Of a DNA stretch of 64,000 nucleotides, positions 36,001 through 49,540 are shown one piece after another. The stretch is from Camelus dromedarius (taxonomy: Eukaryota). The notes beneath the pieces are model-generated. The model saw only the letters and a list, made by a program, of their open reading frames with translations, had not been told where the DNA came from and ran no database searches. Within the stretch, counting starts at the first letter, position 1. Every line of letters begins with the position of its first letter. A program made the translations under genes and the position numbers. The DNA is taken from assembly GCF_036321535.1 (NCBI RefSeq), contig NC_087437.1, forward strand, positions 103,604,001 to 103,668,000, in the 5' to 3' direction.

Positions 36001-39000
36001 ATGGACAAAGCAAAAGACAGGACATCACTGGGGAGCAGGATTTGGGCAAGAATTTGCAGAAAGCTTAGGAGTCAAGAAGGGAGCACTGAGAGAGTTGGCA
36101 GTTAGGGAGAGAATTGAAGCTCTAAGGTCATACTTAAGGGAGTATAAACATCACTCACTACCTGATTAGAGGGGAAGACTTTCACAGGAATGAGTAAGAA
36201 GCAAGAATGAGAATTAGATTGGAAGGAGTTTGTGCAGGTCCTGGACACAATGAGATGTGCCAACAAAATGGTGACACTGGCAAAGAGCATTAGGGGAAAT
36301 TATTCTTGCAATATTGTGAAATATATTATGGTCATGATTACAGGCAACATTCCCCCCATGTGGACAGATGAACAAGCCAAGGCTCAGGTGCCATTTCTGG
36401 ATGGCATTGTCTCTGAGGGAGAAGAGCAAAGTCACGTACCCCAGGCACTTTTACTACTTGGGGATTCTAAATAAATTCTGCTATTTGTTCAGACTTCATC
36501 ACACAATTATATTTATTCTACTTGTATCTCCCCAGATATATGAAGTATATTCTCCTTATGAGATTCTGGGCAAATTTTTTAAATATCTATTTCTTACATC
36601 CCTTACCTGTAGAATGAGTTTAGCAATATTATTATAAGAATCTTGAAAAGTAGTTAACAGTTTTCTTAGGAAAAAAATCATATATTTTCACTTCCTAAAA
36701 ATATTTGAGTTCACTGATATCATGGGTGCTAATCATTATACATAGTATTACAATATCTAAAATGGCAACACAAATAATACACTGATTTTCTTAGAACATA
36801 TTTAATGTATGAAATTAAAATGCCTATCATACTTATGTTTGTATGAAAGCTCTGTATTAAACTAATAATGTTATGAAAGTGTTATTTTTATTGTCCTAAA
36901 ATTATAATAAAATGTTATTTTTATTATCCCAAGCATTATTTTTTACCATGTTCTGTCCTTTTCAGTTACATAGGACAAAAAGTATAATGTTGTTAGAACA
37001 TCAAGGTAAATAAACAAAGCAAAAATCCATTGACCATTTTTTGGGGTTGGGGAAGAATGTTATTATCAGGTTGGTTAGTTGCAGACTTTATCTATGCATT
37101 TATACCTGTATAAATATATATAAACTGTAATAAAATCTCCCTAAGGGGAGACATTTTCATCTATTTTATTCACTAAGGCATTACTAATGCCTAGATGCAT
37201 GCTTGGCAGAAATACATTCAATGAATCGACAAATATATAGAAATAAGTGCAGAGAGGGCCCACTGGTGATCAGACACACAAAAAAATAAGCTCCCCAGAT
37301 ATAGAGCAGCCTGCCATGAGGGGGAAATGCTGAGAAGAAATCTGTAATCTAATGAATCAGTGCATGTATTTTTGAAAGAAAGGCAAGAGGCAGCAATATT
37401 GGGAGGGAATAGCTTCTTGGCAAAAAGAAGTCACTTGGAAGCAGAAGGCATCCTTTGTACACATGGTACGGAAGGGAAAGAGGGAAGCAGGTGACAGAAA
37501 TTAAGGGACATAAAGCGTGATTAAATGGAAGCAAAGCAATCCCCTCAAACGCTATCAGTTAGTAACATTACAACTGAACCTAGTAAAAGAAAAATATAAA
37601 TATTTTATATAATCAAAATTGAAATCTAATAAAAACAATTACAAACAAGTACTATGATCAAATACAAACATGACAGCTATGTACACAGCTTTCAAATTGG
37701 TGACAGAACAAACACAACAACTAAATTGAGTCAAGTAGCTTTTGGACATGGTACTCTGAATTTCCTTAGTAAGATGTAATTGGGGAAAAAAGAACTGCAA
37801 AGTAATCTTAAATCTTAATTAGTAGAATTGTCTATAATGCTACCTAGAACTGGGCTCTCATAAAATAGGAGTTTACAGAAGTGTATATATAATATACATT
37901 ATGTACACATACTGCACGTGCATACACATACATTTATATACATATGTGCATATAAAATGTGACTATGAAACTATTTTATTAGAACTTGCTAATGATTATA
38001 AAGCAAAATGAGAAAATCAAAGAGTTAGAATGAAGCTCAAAAGTTATTATGCCCAAACCTTTTTATTTTCTCAACAAAATTATTGAGAGCTTAGGATTTT
38101 AAGTGCCTGGATTTGAGTCTCACAAGTACTAAGTGACTGGGTTGAGGTCTCCGTTTTTGTTGTATAATCTTTCTGGACACTTCACAGAGATGAGTCAACA
38201 TTTAAACTTGAAGAAAACGGGAGTTTTTAATTTTAAAAAAAACACATACATTTTAGTCACAGAATTAAAGCATTGCCTCCGATCATCTCTGGAGTTACGT
38301 TGTTGTATAATTGTTAATAAATTCTATGCATACTGGTAAAGTTTTCTTCATTTTAAGATGCAGAGATAGGATACTCTCTAATAGAACACAGTGAAAGTCA
38401 TTCCTAAGAAAAATAGGGAAAAAAAAATTGACTATAGAAGGAAAACATCACTTTACTGTATAAAACATACTGGTTTGAAACAAGTATTTTGATGAGATGC
38501 TTTGAAGAGCAAGCCACATTATTCTCTTTTGACAAATGTCTATTTATGGTCTCATATACTAACTTATTTCTTCCAGAATTGTTAATTTGGCATTGTGATG
38601 AGACAAGCTGTGAGATTCAACACATTTAAAATTAAATGACAAAAATGGGATGATTGTGCAGTGTGTTCCTAACTGAAGAGTTGACTGTTGAAAAGTTGTC
38701 ATTGCACATTTTCTTGGGTATGTTGTACTTAGCTGCAGAAACCATAGAAACGCACTTTTGCTCTGATTTTTGAAAAGAATGTTAAATATAACTATTATTT
38801 TTATTTTTAAAATTCTGTATATTGTCACTTTTAAGTTGTTTAAAAGCACATAGAATTATTAAGGTAAAGTAGATGCATTGGCACAAATCATATTATGGAT
38901 GGGGCTTATTTAACCAAATAAAATATAATAATGTAAACATAAACACCAATAAAAGCTTGCAACCCAAATCTACTTTTGGTATTTTTCATTCGAAAGTCTG

Positions 39001-39559
39001 ATAGAATTTTAATATCTTCAAAGGGATAAAAGAGGGAAAGGGAAAGTTGACTTTGGAAAGGGATGGAGATGCTTGATAATCGGAATGGAAAGAGAAAAAT
39101 AAATATGTTTGGATGATGAAGTAAAGAGTGCTTAAATGCATACTGGGGAAATGTGTTAATATTCTCATTTAAATTAGACTATCCCTGGATATCAGTTTAG
39201 TTGGACTTGAGGCCCACCCTATGCCTCTCTATTCTTTCTATTAGTACAATTACACACAGATTAGCTTAGTACTTAATAAATGTCTAATATTTAATTTCAG
39301 TTGGTGGTTAATTAAATGTTGAGCTGAAAACTGGACTCAGTCCAGCATTTTGGACTAGATCACTACCGCACAGAAATTGAGCAAAACCCTGTTGAAAGTT
39401 TCCAAAAGAAAATTGACAAGAACCACAGGCATAGTGTATTAAAATTTTCCATGTCATTTAGAGGAAGACAGTCAAAAGTTTCTCTTTCTTAGTCATATTC
39501 CAGAATGTGATGAAAGACATGAGTCAGAGTAAGGGAGCAAAATGTAACTGAGTGCCAGG

Positions 39560-40545
39560 GATGACCATCTTTTTGTATCACTATCCTTTCTTTACTTTCA
39601 CTGATATCACATTTTTTTTATCGTCCTCTGAATAGTCTGGCAGATAATAATTTTTATATTGACATTTCCTTCTATGTGTTAACATCTGAATATTGAAATT
39701 TCTCCTGAGTCTTATCTCCCTCTCCTTTCTCCTTTTAGTTATTAATATACTCCCATGTCTTTAAATGCTGTGTAAATACTGAATATGCACACATTTATAT
39801 ACAGGCATTTTACATCATCTCAAATTTAGTGTTCTCAAACTCAGCTCTTAATCCAGCCTCCAAAAGGGCCCTACCTAGATCTCCAAAAATGGCATTACAT
39901 GCCTCCAAGTTAGAGCATCAAATAACATCTTTATTTATGTTCTTGATTTCACTCCTGGTCCTCTCATATCTGTTCTACCACCTACAGATATCCTTAAATA
40001 CTTAACTAATTGGGCCACTGCCATTCCGCTGAATAAAATCCTGTAAAAGCTTTCCAACAACCTCAAATAAAATCCAACCTCATTACTATTCTCTAGAAGT
40101 TGTGCTTAAGCTGGATCCTCTATAAGTTTCAAACACATGTTGTTCCCTTCTCCCCTGATCTAACTACATTTAAGCCCAAGCGCCTCTTTCATTTTCTAAA
40201 ATACACTAAAAACTTTCCTGGTTCAGAGTCTTTAATCGGCACCTTTTCCTTTGCCTGGAACACTTGACACAAGTCTTCATGATGCTGACTTGGTTACCTT
40301 TCACAGTTAAATACTGCCTTGTCAGAGAAATTTGCATTTAAATTGTGACCATTAAAGAACCCTCGATATTATCTACCTCTGTATTCTGTTCATGTTTTTA
40401 TGGAACTTATTGCAATATGTCATCTGCCTTCCTGACTCTAAGCTCCATGAGCATAGATACTAGAACTGATGACTCCCTAATACAATTCCAGTGCTTAGCA
40501 TAATTTCTCACACGCTGGAAGAACTTATGAAAATTTGCTTAATTT
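39560..40545 (+). mobile_element. L2 3' region, diverged
   Basis: Pyrimidine-rich L2-like blocks 'aaataaaatccaacctc', 'ttcctttgcctggaacac', 'ctctaagctccatgagcatag..ccagtgcttagcata'. Confidence 0.75.
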
Positions 40546-40909
40546 TGTTGCACATTATCTATCTTACCGTCTTCAATAATATTTTCAGTTTTAAAGGAGA
40601 TACTGTTGTTCTTTTAGATACAATCCTGTGGGACTGTTGATTAGGTAATTTTTTATTTCCAAAAGGTAAACATATAGCAGAAGTTAGGATAAGCAAATTT
40701 TCCCTTTCTGTACTCTTTATGTCCAGCCAAATGATAAATAGAAAATAAACGTATTCATCTTTATCGATTAAAACTTTATGATATTATTTGGTATCTCTTC
40801 CTTCTTAGATCTCTTAGGTACTTCGGTTTCTCTTTATGCTCTAGTGGCTTTCAAATTCTGCGATCATTGTTGTATCCTACATTTACCTTCCTTTTCAGGT
40901 TTTAGTAGC

Positions 40910-41380
40910 CAGGGTCAGTTGAAATGATTTTGTTTACAACAGAAAACACAAATTGAAGTGGCTTTCTGAGACAGAAACATGTATTTCCTCACTTTAAATC
41001 AGGTTCTGAGATAACAGACTCCAGATTTGGTTAGTTTAGTGGCTTAGTGCAACCATCAAAGACCAAGGTATAGTCCCTATTTCTTTTCTGTCATTCCCAT
41101 TATGTTATTTAGTTTTCCTCAAGATTACAAGATGTTTACAGGAACAACAAATATATCTTCAGACACAAAGTTCCAAAAGAAAGAAACAAACAAACAAATC
41201 CAAAAAAAACCCATTCATTTTAAGGGCAAGGAAAATTTCTCCAAATCCCACAATAGCAGACTTTCTCTCACATTTCATTGGCCAGCATTGGGTAACACAG
41301 TTTTTTTCTAAGACATCCAATTCATAAGAAATTATATGGCTTGACTAACCTAAAATAATCAAACTTCTATGGTGCTATGA
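40910..41380 (-). mobile_element. Old MaLR LTR (MLT1J/K/L-like)
   Basis: 'acaacagaaaacacaaattgaagtggcttt', 'catcaaagaccaagg', 'gcagactttctctcacatttcattggccagcattgggtaacac'. Confidence 0.7.
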
Positions 41381-44300
41381 AATTATTCATTTGGCTTAAG
41401 GAATAGTGTGACGAGAAAAATGAACGTCTTGAAAAGGCATCTCTACATATATTCAAAACACAGCTTCTTTAAATTATTTTATATCAAAATCAAAATAAAC
41501 TATACCTCACAGTTTACTGGGTTGGGTATGTTGCATGATTTGAAACACCTCAGATTAACCAAATGACACAATTTCAAGCTGTTTTTTGTTTGTTTGTTTG
41601 TGTTTTTTTTACTAAATACATGGCATTTGGTTAGTTATTGAATCCTTTGGTGGTCTTGGTTTTCTGATTTTGAAAAGAAGACAGCATTAGCAATTTTGTA
41701 AGTCTTTAAGCCATAACATTCTTTAAATATAGAGCTCAATCCCTGTGCTGAACTACAAAGTCCATCAAGATTTCTGTATTCATCTTCTCATTCCTTCTCA
41801 CTTGACTCTCAACATTAGATTAAATTAAAATGTGAAAATTCCTGTGTTCATTCAGAGCCATAGATCACATGGCTGGACTTGTTCCAACTCACTTTTTTAT
41901 TGATGAAGAATTTTTGTTTTGACTGTATTTCACAATTCCTTGGGTTAGGATACAGGTAGATATTAAGTAATGTAGTTTAGATTATTTGGTACTTTACAAA
42001 ATTAATCATCATTGCTTTGTTTTAAGGCAAAAACTCTTTGAACCTCTGTTCAGATGTGCTGTGGCATGCCATTTTTCTATCAATATAATTGCCATCAATG
42101 ATTTGATTAATTAAATTAAAAGTGCATAAAAACAAGGTAACCATACTTTCAGATTTCCGATCAATCAGGAAGGAAATTGAAAGTAAGATGAGAAAAGGCA
42201 TCAGCTGATTGAGCAGCCAAGTATCTTGGACAGAAGGAGAAGGTGACACTGAAGAGATCCCAAGGAAGATTTGTCATTGTTAGAGGTAGAGTTATGCAAG
42301 TAGATTATGTAAATACAGTTAGAGATTCAATTAAGAATGGAATATTTAAGAAATTAATTTATGAAAGTCACCAATCTATTCACATGATCAGCATTATTTA
42401 GCTTTAACCTCACGATAGCTTCATGAATCAATGTTGTTCAAAGAAAAAAGATAGTTTATCCAGTTAATACATGATGAAACAGGAATTTGTGCTCCATTCC
42501 ACCTGATTCTAATGTCTGTGTAACCTCTAATTGGACCTATTGCATGGTAGCATCAAGAAGACAAAAGAACAGGCTTCTAGAAAGAGGAAGTCATTTTTTA
42601 AAATATTTGTCTAGTTCTATACAGTCAACTTTCTTTGGCTTCCCCGTCACCACTTAACTTTAAATTGACACAGAGAAAAGCATTGCTAAGCAGTTTCAGC
42701 AACCTACTTGATATATGAACTTGTCAAGTTCTCAGAAAAGTAATACTAAAATTTCTCCTGATTTCATTATAAATTGTTGAAATGTAACTCTGTAAGAATG
42801 TGGAGAGAAAGAAAATACACCATATGATACAGCCTCAGATGGGCAACCCTCCATAAAGAACTTAATGCACAGATATTTCCAGATGACTATCCAATCCTTT
42901 GTTCTATATCTCCTTCAGATTGAAACATGTGTGCTAATGCTGTTCTTCAGGGCAATCCAAGATTTATCTCAATATACTTGAGCTGTCTTGGGTCACATCA
43001 CATGCTTTCAGGTGCCTTAAACTCCAGTCAGTTTAAATTACCTGAAGTCAGCTAATAAGCTTCGTGATGTCATACATGGATTGGCTCCTGCCACCCACGT
43101 CATCCAAAAGCCTCTTCCTTTACGACTCCGTGAAAACTACTGAATAATCTTTCAAGAATTATCTCAGACAACTCTCTTTACTACTGTTTGCTGATTTGCT
43201 AATGACATATAATCTTTCTTTTGACTATTCATACCACTTTATTCTTCATTTATAGTAACTGTCTTTCTTCTATACCCTGGGCATAGCAATGTGTGACTCC
43301 ATATAATCCTCTCCACTATTTAATCTCTTCCATGATCAACACCTGAACCATCAAGTGTCTTGATAATTTCTGAATCCTAAGTAAATACTTTTTGATTTAT
43401 TATTGCTAGATAACTCAATATTCATCACTGATTGCACTGATTCATTCCTCTCATTTGTTTTCTGTCTCCTTGAGGATTCTGTTAAATTTACTCGTCTGAT
43501 TCCTTAATAAGTATGTTGAACATGAGAGAAAAAAACATTATCTGTGGTTCCTAATGTCTTTCTCCAAATGTTGAAATAGAATTTGTTTAAATGCTTTTAC
43601 CAGCTTCTCAATGGGTTTATCAAAAGCTTTTATTTTCGTAACAAAGTTTCAATCAGAATTATCCTAAACCTAATTTATTAATGCTTTCTTGAGAATGCTT
43701 TATATGATTTCTATAAATCAGTTCCTGTTAGATGAATTACCTTTATTTTAAACACTATTTAAATTAACTTATGGAAAGAGTTTATGGATGGAAATCTTAG
43801 AAAACAGTTTTTAAATTTTATTGCCATTTTTAAATTAAAAAGCTTGCTACTTTACATAAAAAATATGTTATATGGCTGATAGAATTTAAATCAATATAGA
43901 TACTGATTACAGATAATAAAATGATTAAAATTGTGATATTTGCTTACCTTTTAATAAAAATATATGAGTTAGTATTAAAAAATTAAATAAATATTTTGAA
44001 TATTTTACCTCATTATATAAAGGGATCAGGAAAACTTCACAATATCATCATCAAAATTAGTAATATGAGAACAAAATGATAATGTTATACTTATTAACAT
44101 CATTGGCATTTGAATAAAAATAAAAGTTTTTATACTGATGTGTTCTTATATGTTTAACATATTATTTACTGTTATTTAATATTTAAAAATATTTTACAAA
44201 ACCAAGAGCAAAAGAAAAAGGACAAATTGAAGAATATTTCTTTAAAAGATGAAGGATGCTCAATATTTTAAGTATAATTAAAATCATACAGCAAGAAGAC

Positions 44301-45269
44301 ATGGAGATGTCTCACATAACTGAAATTATATTGTTATTAATTTAAAAACTATGTTTGTAATGCCATGAATTCATTTCCCATTTTGGACTTTTAAAACTCC
44401 AAATATATATAAATACTGTATATATTTATAGTTATAAAAGTGTTAATTTTATCATTATAAAATAAAATTATATTTGCATATATTGTATTTTATATTCCAG
44501 ATAAGTGATTATACAAAATTAAACTTTTAATAGTCTACTACTCCTAAGGGGAAGAGTACCTTGTATGTATTTTTATGTATATAAAAGACATCGATTAATG
44601 AAACAAAAGATAATCCATTGCTTATATAAATGTATTCATGTTTCATTCAAATGACAATTTGAGAGAAATATAATGCCTCCACTAAGTTAACTCCAATTTA
44701 CTATTCCTTGGTATACATAAAATGCAAACAAAAAAACAATTCAAAACCTATTTTGGTAGAAAAATATTTTAACTAATAATGCAGTTATATATAATGACAC
44801 AAAGGATGATTTTCCTATTTTCTAGCCAAGACTAAACATGCAATAGTGGAGGTTGAACTTTATCTGAAAACTAATTAGAAAGAATCTCATCAAAATCATC
44901 CTTACTTTTTTTTTTAACTCTCTGAACTAGTAATTACCCTTTAATCAAGTTGACAACACTAGATGCTATAATAAAGATCAAAGTAACACATTTTTATTTT
45001 AATGTTACTTTTTCTTGTTTAGTGTAATTAGGCAAGCCTTTATCTTTAAAAGTGATAAATTTGCTTAATATTTAAGGAGCTAATAAACACTGTAGAGAGA
45101 AATGTTATTATCATGATTCACGAACTTTTTTAGTAGCTTACACAAAAAGAAAACAATAGTCATTTTGATGTAAATTTAAATTTAATATAAACATACGTGC
45201 ATGTCCAATAACAAAAGCAAAAATTAAGTAAGTGTTAATTGAATAGCGGCCATATGTGTAACTTCTTTT

Positions 45270-46040
45270 TATCCATTCTTTCATTGAACATCTACTATAT
45301 TCCATGTATTAGTTTTTAAAAATATTTTGCCTATAACAGTAAGTGAGACAGACAAAGTCATGGCTCTTTTAGGACTTAAATTCTACTGGTTTGAGACAAA
45401 TAGTAAACAAATGAATAGATCTTAGGAGTAAGGAGAATTAATATAGGGAGAAGTGATAGAGACATGGTGGATAACTTAAGTATTAAAATCTCATGGACAT
45501 CTTAAGAATAAGAAGAAAATATTGAGGCTTGGGGGCTGTTCACTCCAGGCATATATGTTTAGAACCAAGACACTAAAGCCTGACTGGCACTTTTCAAGGT
45601 ACTGTCACAGTGATAGACAGGGCAGAGAAGTAATTTTTAATCCCAGTGTACATTTTATTCCGTGTATAATGTGAAGTCATCTAAGAGTTTTAGACAGTAA
45701 AGTGACACAGGGAAAAAATATCATTCTGGTTGTGCAGACAGTGGACTTTAGAACATGAACATTTAAAACAAGGAGGAAAAATTGAGCTTATAGCAGCAGT
45801 TTCTCGACTGGTGTTAGCAGGCTTGATTTTGGATTCCAGGAGTAGTGACAGAAAGAAGCAGTCGAATTTACCATGTGCTCTGTTGGTGAAATTATTCAGA
45901 CATTGGCATATTAGGAGTGGAGAAAATATGCTTCCTAGGTTTGGGTCTTTGGTACAAACATAGAAAATGTTTTGCTTTGTTTTGTTTTGTTTTCAGCACA
46001 GGTTTGAGAAGCCCCTTAGGCTGCAAAAGGAGATTAGGAA
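45270..46040 (-). mobile_element. L2 fragment
   Basis: 'atccattctttcattgaacatctactatattcca..gagacagacaaagtcatggctc..ttctactggtttgagacaaatagtaaacaaatgaata'. Confidence 0.7.
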
Positions 46041-46179
46041 CATCACAGAAATAGGTTATGATAGAATCTTTTGCTTTAAGTTAACTGGCAGATGGAGGGT
46101 AATCAAAGACATGGTAACATTTTTACATCTTACAACGCTTCTCAGTATTTGGATTAAGAATCTTTTAAACTTTTATTTT

Positions 46180-46701
46180 TGTGTTAGTCAGAGTTTTCCA
46201 GAGAAATAGGATTAATAAAATATATATGTATATATATACAGATGAAGAGAGTTAAGTTAAGAAATGGCTGATGCAATCATGGAGGCTGAGAGGCCTACCG
46301 TCTGCCATCTGCAAGCTAGAAACGCAGAAATCCAGTGGTGTAATTCAGTGCAAGTCCTAAGGCCTGGGAACCAGGGAGGCTGATGGTGGAGATTCCAGCC
46401 TGGGTCTGAAAGCCTGAGGACCAGGAGTGCTGAGGACAAGAGAGGATTTGTGACCCACCTCAAGCCATCGGTCAGAAAGGAGGGAATTCTTCCTTTCCCT
46501 GTTTTTTGGCTTATTCAGGCCCTGGGCTGGGACTGGGTGATGCTCTCCCACATTCAGAAGGCAAGCTGCTTTAGGAGTCTCCGGATTCAAATGTTCATTT
46601 CTTCCACAAACACCCTTACAGACACACTCAGGAAGGCTGTTTAGTCAAATATCTGGCACCCTATGATCCAGTCAAGTTGACAGAAAAAATTCACCACCAC
46701 A
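46180..46701 (-). mobile_element. MLT2 (ERVL) solo LTR
   Basis: TG..CA termini 'tgtgttagtcagagttttccagagaaa' ... 'ccagtcaagttgacagaaaaaattcaccaccaca'; internal 'ggaggctgagaggcc..ccatctgcaagctagaa'. Confidence 0.92.
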
Positions 46702-47010
46702 GTGTGTAACATACAGTAGAAAAGTTGACATGTTATTAGTGATGCATTTTTACAAATAGTCACTTGTTACCAGTATACAAATCAAGAAACAGATCACTAC
46801 TGGAGTTCCAAATTTTTTCCTCCTGTCCTCTTCCAGTACTTCCCTACTCACTTCCCAGATAAGAATAAACATCATTTTGACTTCTAACAACATAGAATAG
46901 TTTTGCCTGGTTTTGAAATGTATACAATAGGAATTGTACTTTATGTACTCTTCTTGTCCTGTTACTTTATTCATCTTTATGTTTAAGATATGTATCCACA
47001 CTGAGAATGT
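46702..47010 (-). mobile_element. Old L1M(E) 3' end fragment
   Basis: 'aaatcaagaaacagatcactac', 'ttgacttctaacaacatagaatagttttgcctggttttgaa'. Confidence 0.75.
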
Positions 47011-47839
47011 GATTATTGAGTTAAAAAAAATCAGGCTAAAGCAACTAAATTATAGTTAATGAAGGCTATTTAAATTTCCCACTTTTCTTTCACTTATATT
47101 TTACTCCCCCAAGACCTCTAACCCCAATAACTAATACAAGCATTAATTCAGTAGATATACCTATTATAAAAAAATTCAAAGAAATAAGTTTACAAATGTA
47201 AAACGGATAATCACAGCATATTGTTTGTGACAGAGTCGTTTCTTTATCTTAAATTTAAACCAATTCCAAGATTAAACATCTTTAAGGTTTCTGAGAAGAC
47301 TGAGTTATTTCCAGCATCAATTATCACTTATAGCAACTCTGTCTATCTTTATATTTAGCATATGAGGAACCATTTGGAATTCCATTTGTTTTTCTCTCTT
47401 TATCCTTATAGAAAATTGTGGATGGAACTAATATGTCATCCTAACATCATAAATATAAAAATGGGTTTGTAATTATATATAAAGTTAATTATTGTAGTTA
47501 TAACATTTATTTCTTAAACACATAAATGCCTAGTTCTTAACATTTCTTCTTTTGTTTAAACAGTTCAAAGATCTTCTGAAATCATGTGTTCTATTCTATT
47601 GTACAGAATAAACCATAGTCCTATTACTCCTAAAACAATTATTTCAGTCATAGCTTCTTTCTGTTACATACGTAACTGGCTATCTATGAGGCATCTCCAA
47701 GGCATTTCAAAATGAGCATGGGAAAAACCGATCTTTTTACTTATGGAAATACAGATCTATACTAAGGAATGTAGAACACTGGAAATGTGTTCATCTGTAT
47801 GTATAACTATACATATGACATTTTCTTATTAAATCTTTT

Positions 47840-48340
47840 TAAAAATAGCTGTTTAAATTAAAATAACACAGTGACAATATATGCCTACACATAAGTAAAA
47901 TGTTAAGACAGTAACAGCATAGGACCTAAAGGGGAAAAATTAAAGTACTTACATTATATGTGAAGTTCTATAGCACCAATTAAAGGTGGCCTGTGACAAG
48001 TTAAAATGTATACAGCAAACCCTTAAACAATCACTAAAGTAACAAACTAAAGAGTTACAGCTAATAAGGAAAGAGGAGAAAAAATGGACTTGTAAAAAAA
48101 AATATTGATTCAAAGAAGGAAGACAAAAACCCAGAGAAAAGAGGAATAAAGACCAGATAGGACTAATATAAAATTAAAAAATAAAAAAAGATGATAGACT
48201 TTAATCACATCAGTAACTGAATTAATTGTAAATAGTATAAGTAACCCATTTAAAAGTCAAAGATCATCATATTAAATAAAAACAGGAAGACAAAATGATG
48301 CTGTTACAAGAAAAACACTTTAAATGTAAATAAGTAAAAA
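47840..48340 (+). mobile_element. Old L1M inter-ORF/ORF2-start fragment
   Basis: 'ctgtgacaagttaaaatgtatacagcaaaccctt', 'ccatttaaaagtcaaagatcatca', 'tgctgttacaagaaaaacactttaaat'. Confidence 0.7.
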
Positions 48341-48349
48341 TAAAATAAA

Positions 48350-48480
48350 AAATACATACTTTGTAATAAATTATGTACAAATATAAAATAATTATATAAA
48401 AATTGCTGTTTATCTGAAATTCAAATCTAATTGGTTGTCCCATTTTTCTTTTCCTTTTTTCTTATAAATCTGGAAACATA
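48350..48480. mobile_element. MER53-like (hAT) half element
   Basis: 'tgctgtttatctgaaattcaaatctaattggttgtcc..taaatctggaaac' resembles one arm of MER53. Confidence 0.65.
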
Positions 48481-49314
48481 CATTTTAGGCATCCAGCATT
48501 TTTATACGGATAAAGAGAGAAAAACAAATGGAATTCTAAATGTGTAATTTAAACATGCTCACATGGTATTTGATAAGCTATACTTTATTCTACTAAAATG
48601 CCTAATCTTTGATTAGTACAAGGACTTTAAGAAAAAAAAAATAAGACAACAAAGTATCTTTTAACTTAACTTTCAAATTATTTACAGTCAAAGACAGTAT
48701 CCAAATAAAGACATCATCAATACATGTAAGTCCCTTTTCAATTTAGGAACTCTGTAATTCTGAATAAGCTATGGACTAATTAATGGATTAGGTAAGCCTA
48801 GGAAATCTATTAAAAAGTACTCTTTAAAGACAGATCTTGCTGTCAAATCGTTGGTAGATTAGTGAGGGAGCCCCAGTCAAGTTAGCAAGATCTCCAATAG
48901 CGTGACTTCTGCTTGGCAGAGATATCAAGACATGTTCAAGCTATTGTAGGAACACAGAAGAATGACAATGACCCCAAATTGAGAAAGATAATGACATGTA
49001 AGGTGAATTTTAAAGAATGAGAGCCATTTAGAAAAATCTTAAAAGGGGAAAAATACCTATCAGAGAGCAAGAAGGGCTTTTGCCAAAATGTGGATGTGAC
49101 AAAGAGTAGTCTGTGGGTCTGGAGAGTTGGAAATTTTTCAATGCAACCAGAGTAGTCTCATACAAGGTTATTTTATCCCCTAACCAGATCTTAAGTCCTT
49201 TTGTATGCCATGAATCTTTTTTTCTGTCTTCTATTCTTTTGTATCTTTCCTATTCTTTATCTTATTTAATTTTGTCAAACACTTCACATTATTTTTACAG
49301 ATGTGAATGGAGAA

Positions 49315-49540
49315 AAGTGTAAGTCTATGATTTTGAATATTCTGTTCCAGCTGGCCCACTTGGTCACAGGAAAATCCTGGCAAAGTCACTTAACCTAGCT
49401 GAGGTTCTGATATTTCATCAGCTAAGTAAACATAATTATGTATGTAGATCTGCCAATAATGCAGAAAAAAATCATTTACTGAATTGTGAGAAAGTGCTCT
49501 AAAGAAATCAACATGCTTCATGGGCTTAAATGAGTATTAT
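49315..49540 (+). mobile_element. MIR SINE
   Basis: 'ctggcaaagtcacttaacctagctgaggttctgatatttcatcagctaagt..tgtgagaaagtgctct'. Confidence 0.6.

Noticed and set aside
35984..36637. Cluster of overlapping short ORFs
   Set aside because: No recognisable homology; one starts inside an L1 3'UTR; a slightly higher local GC content explains the open frames.
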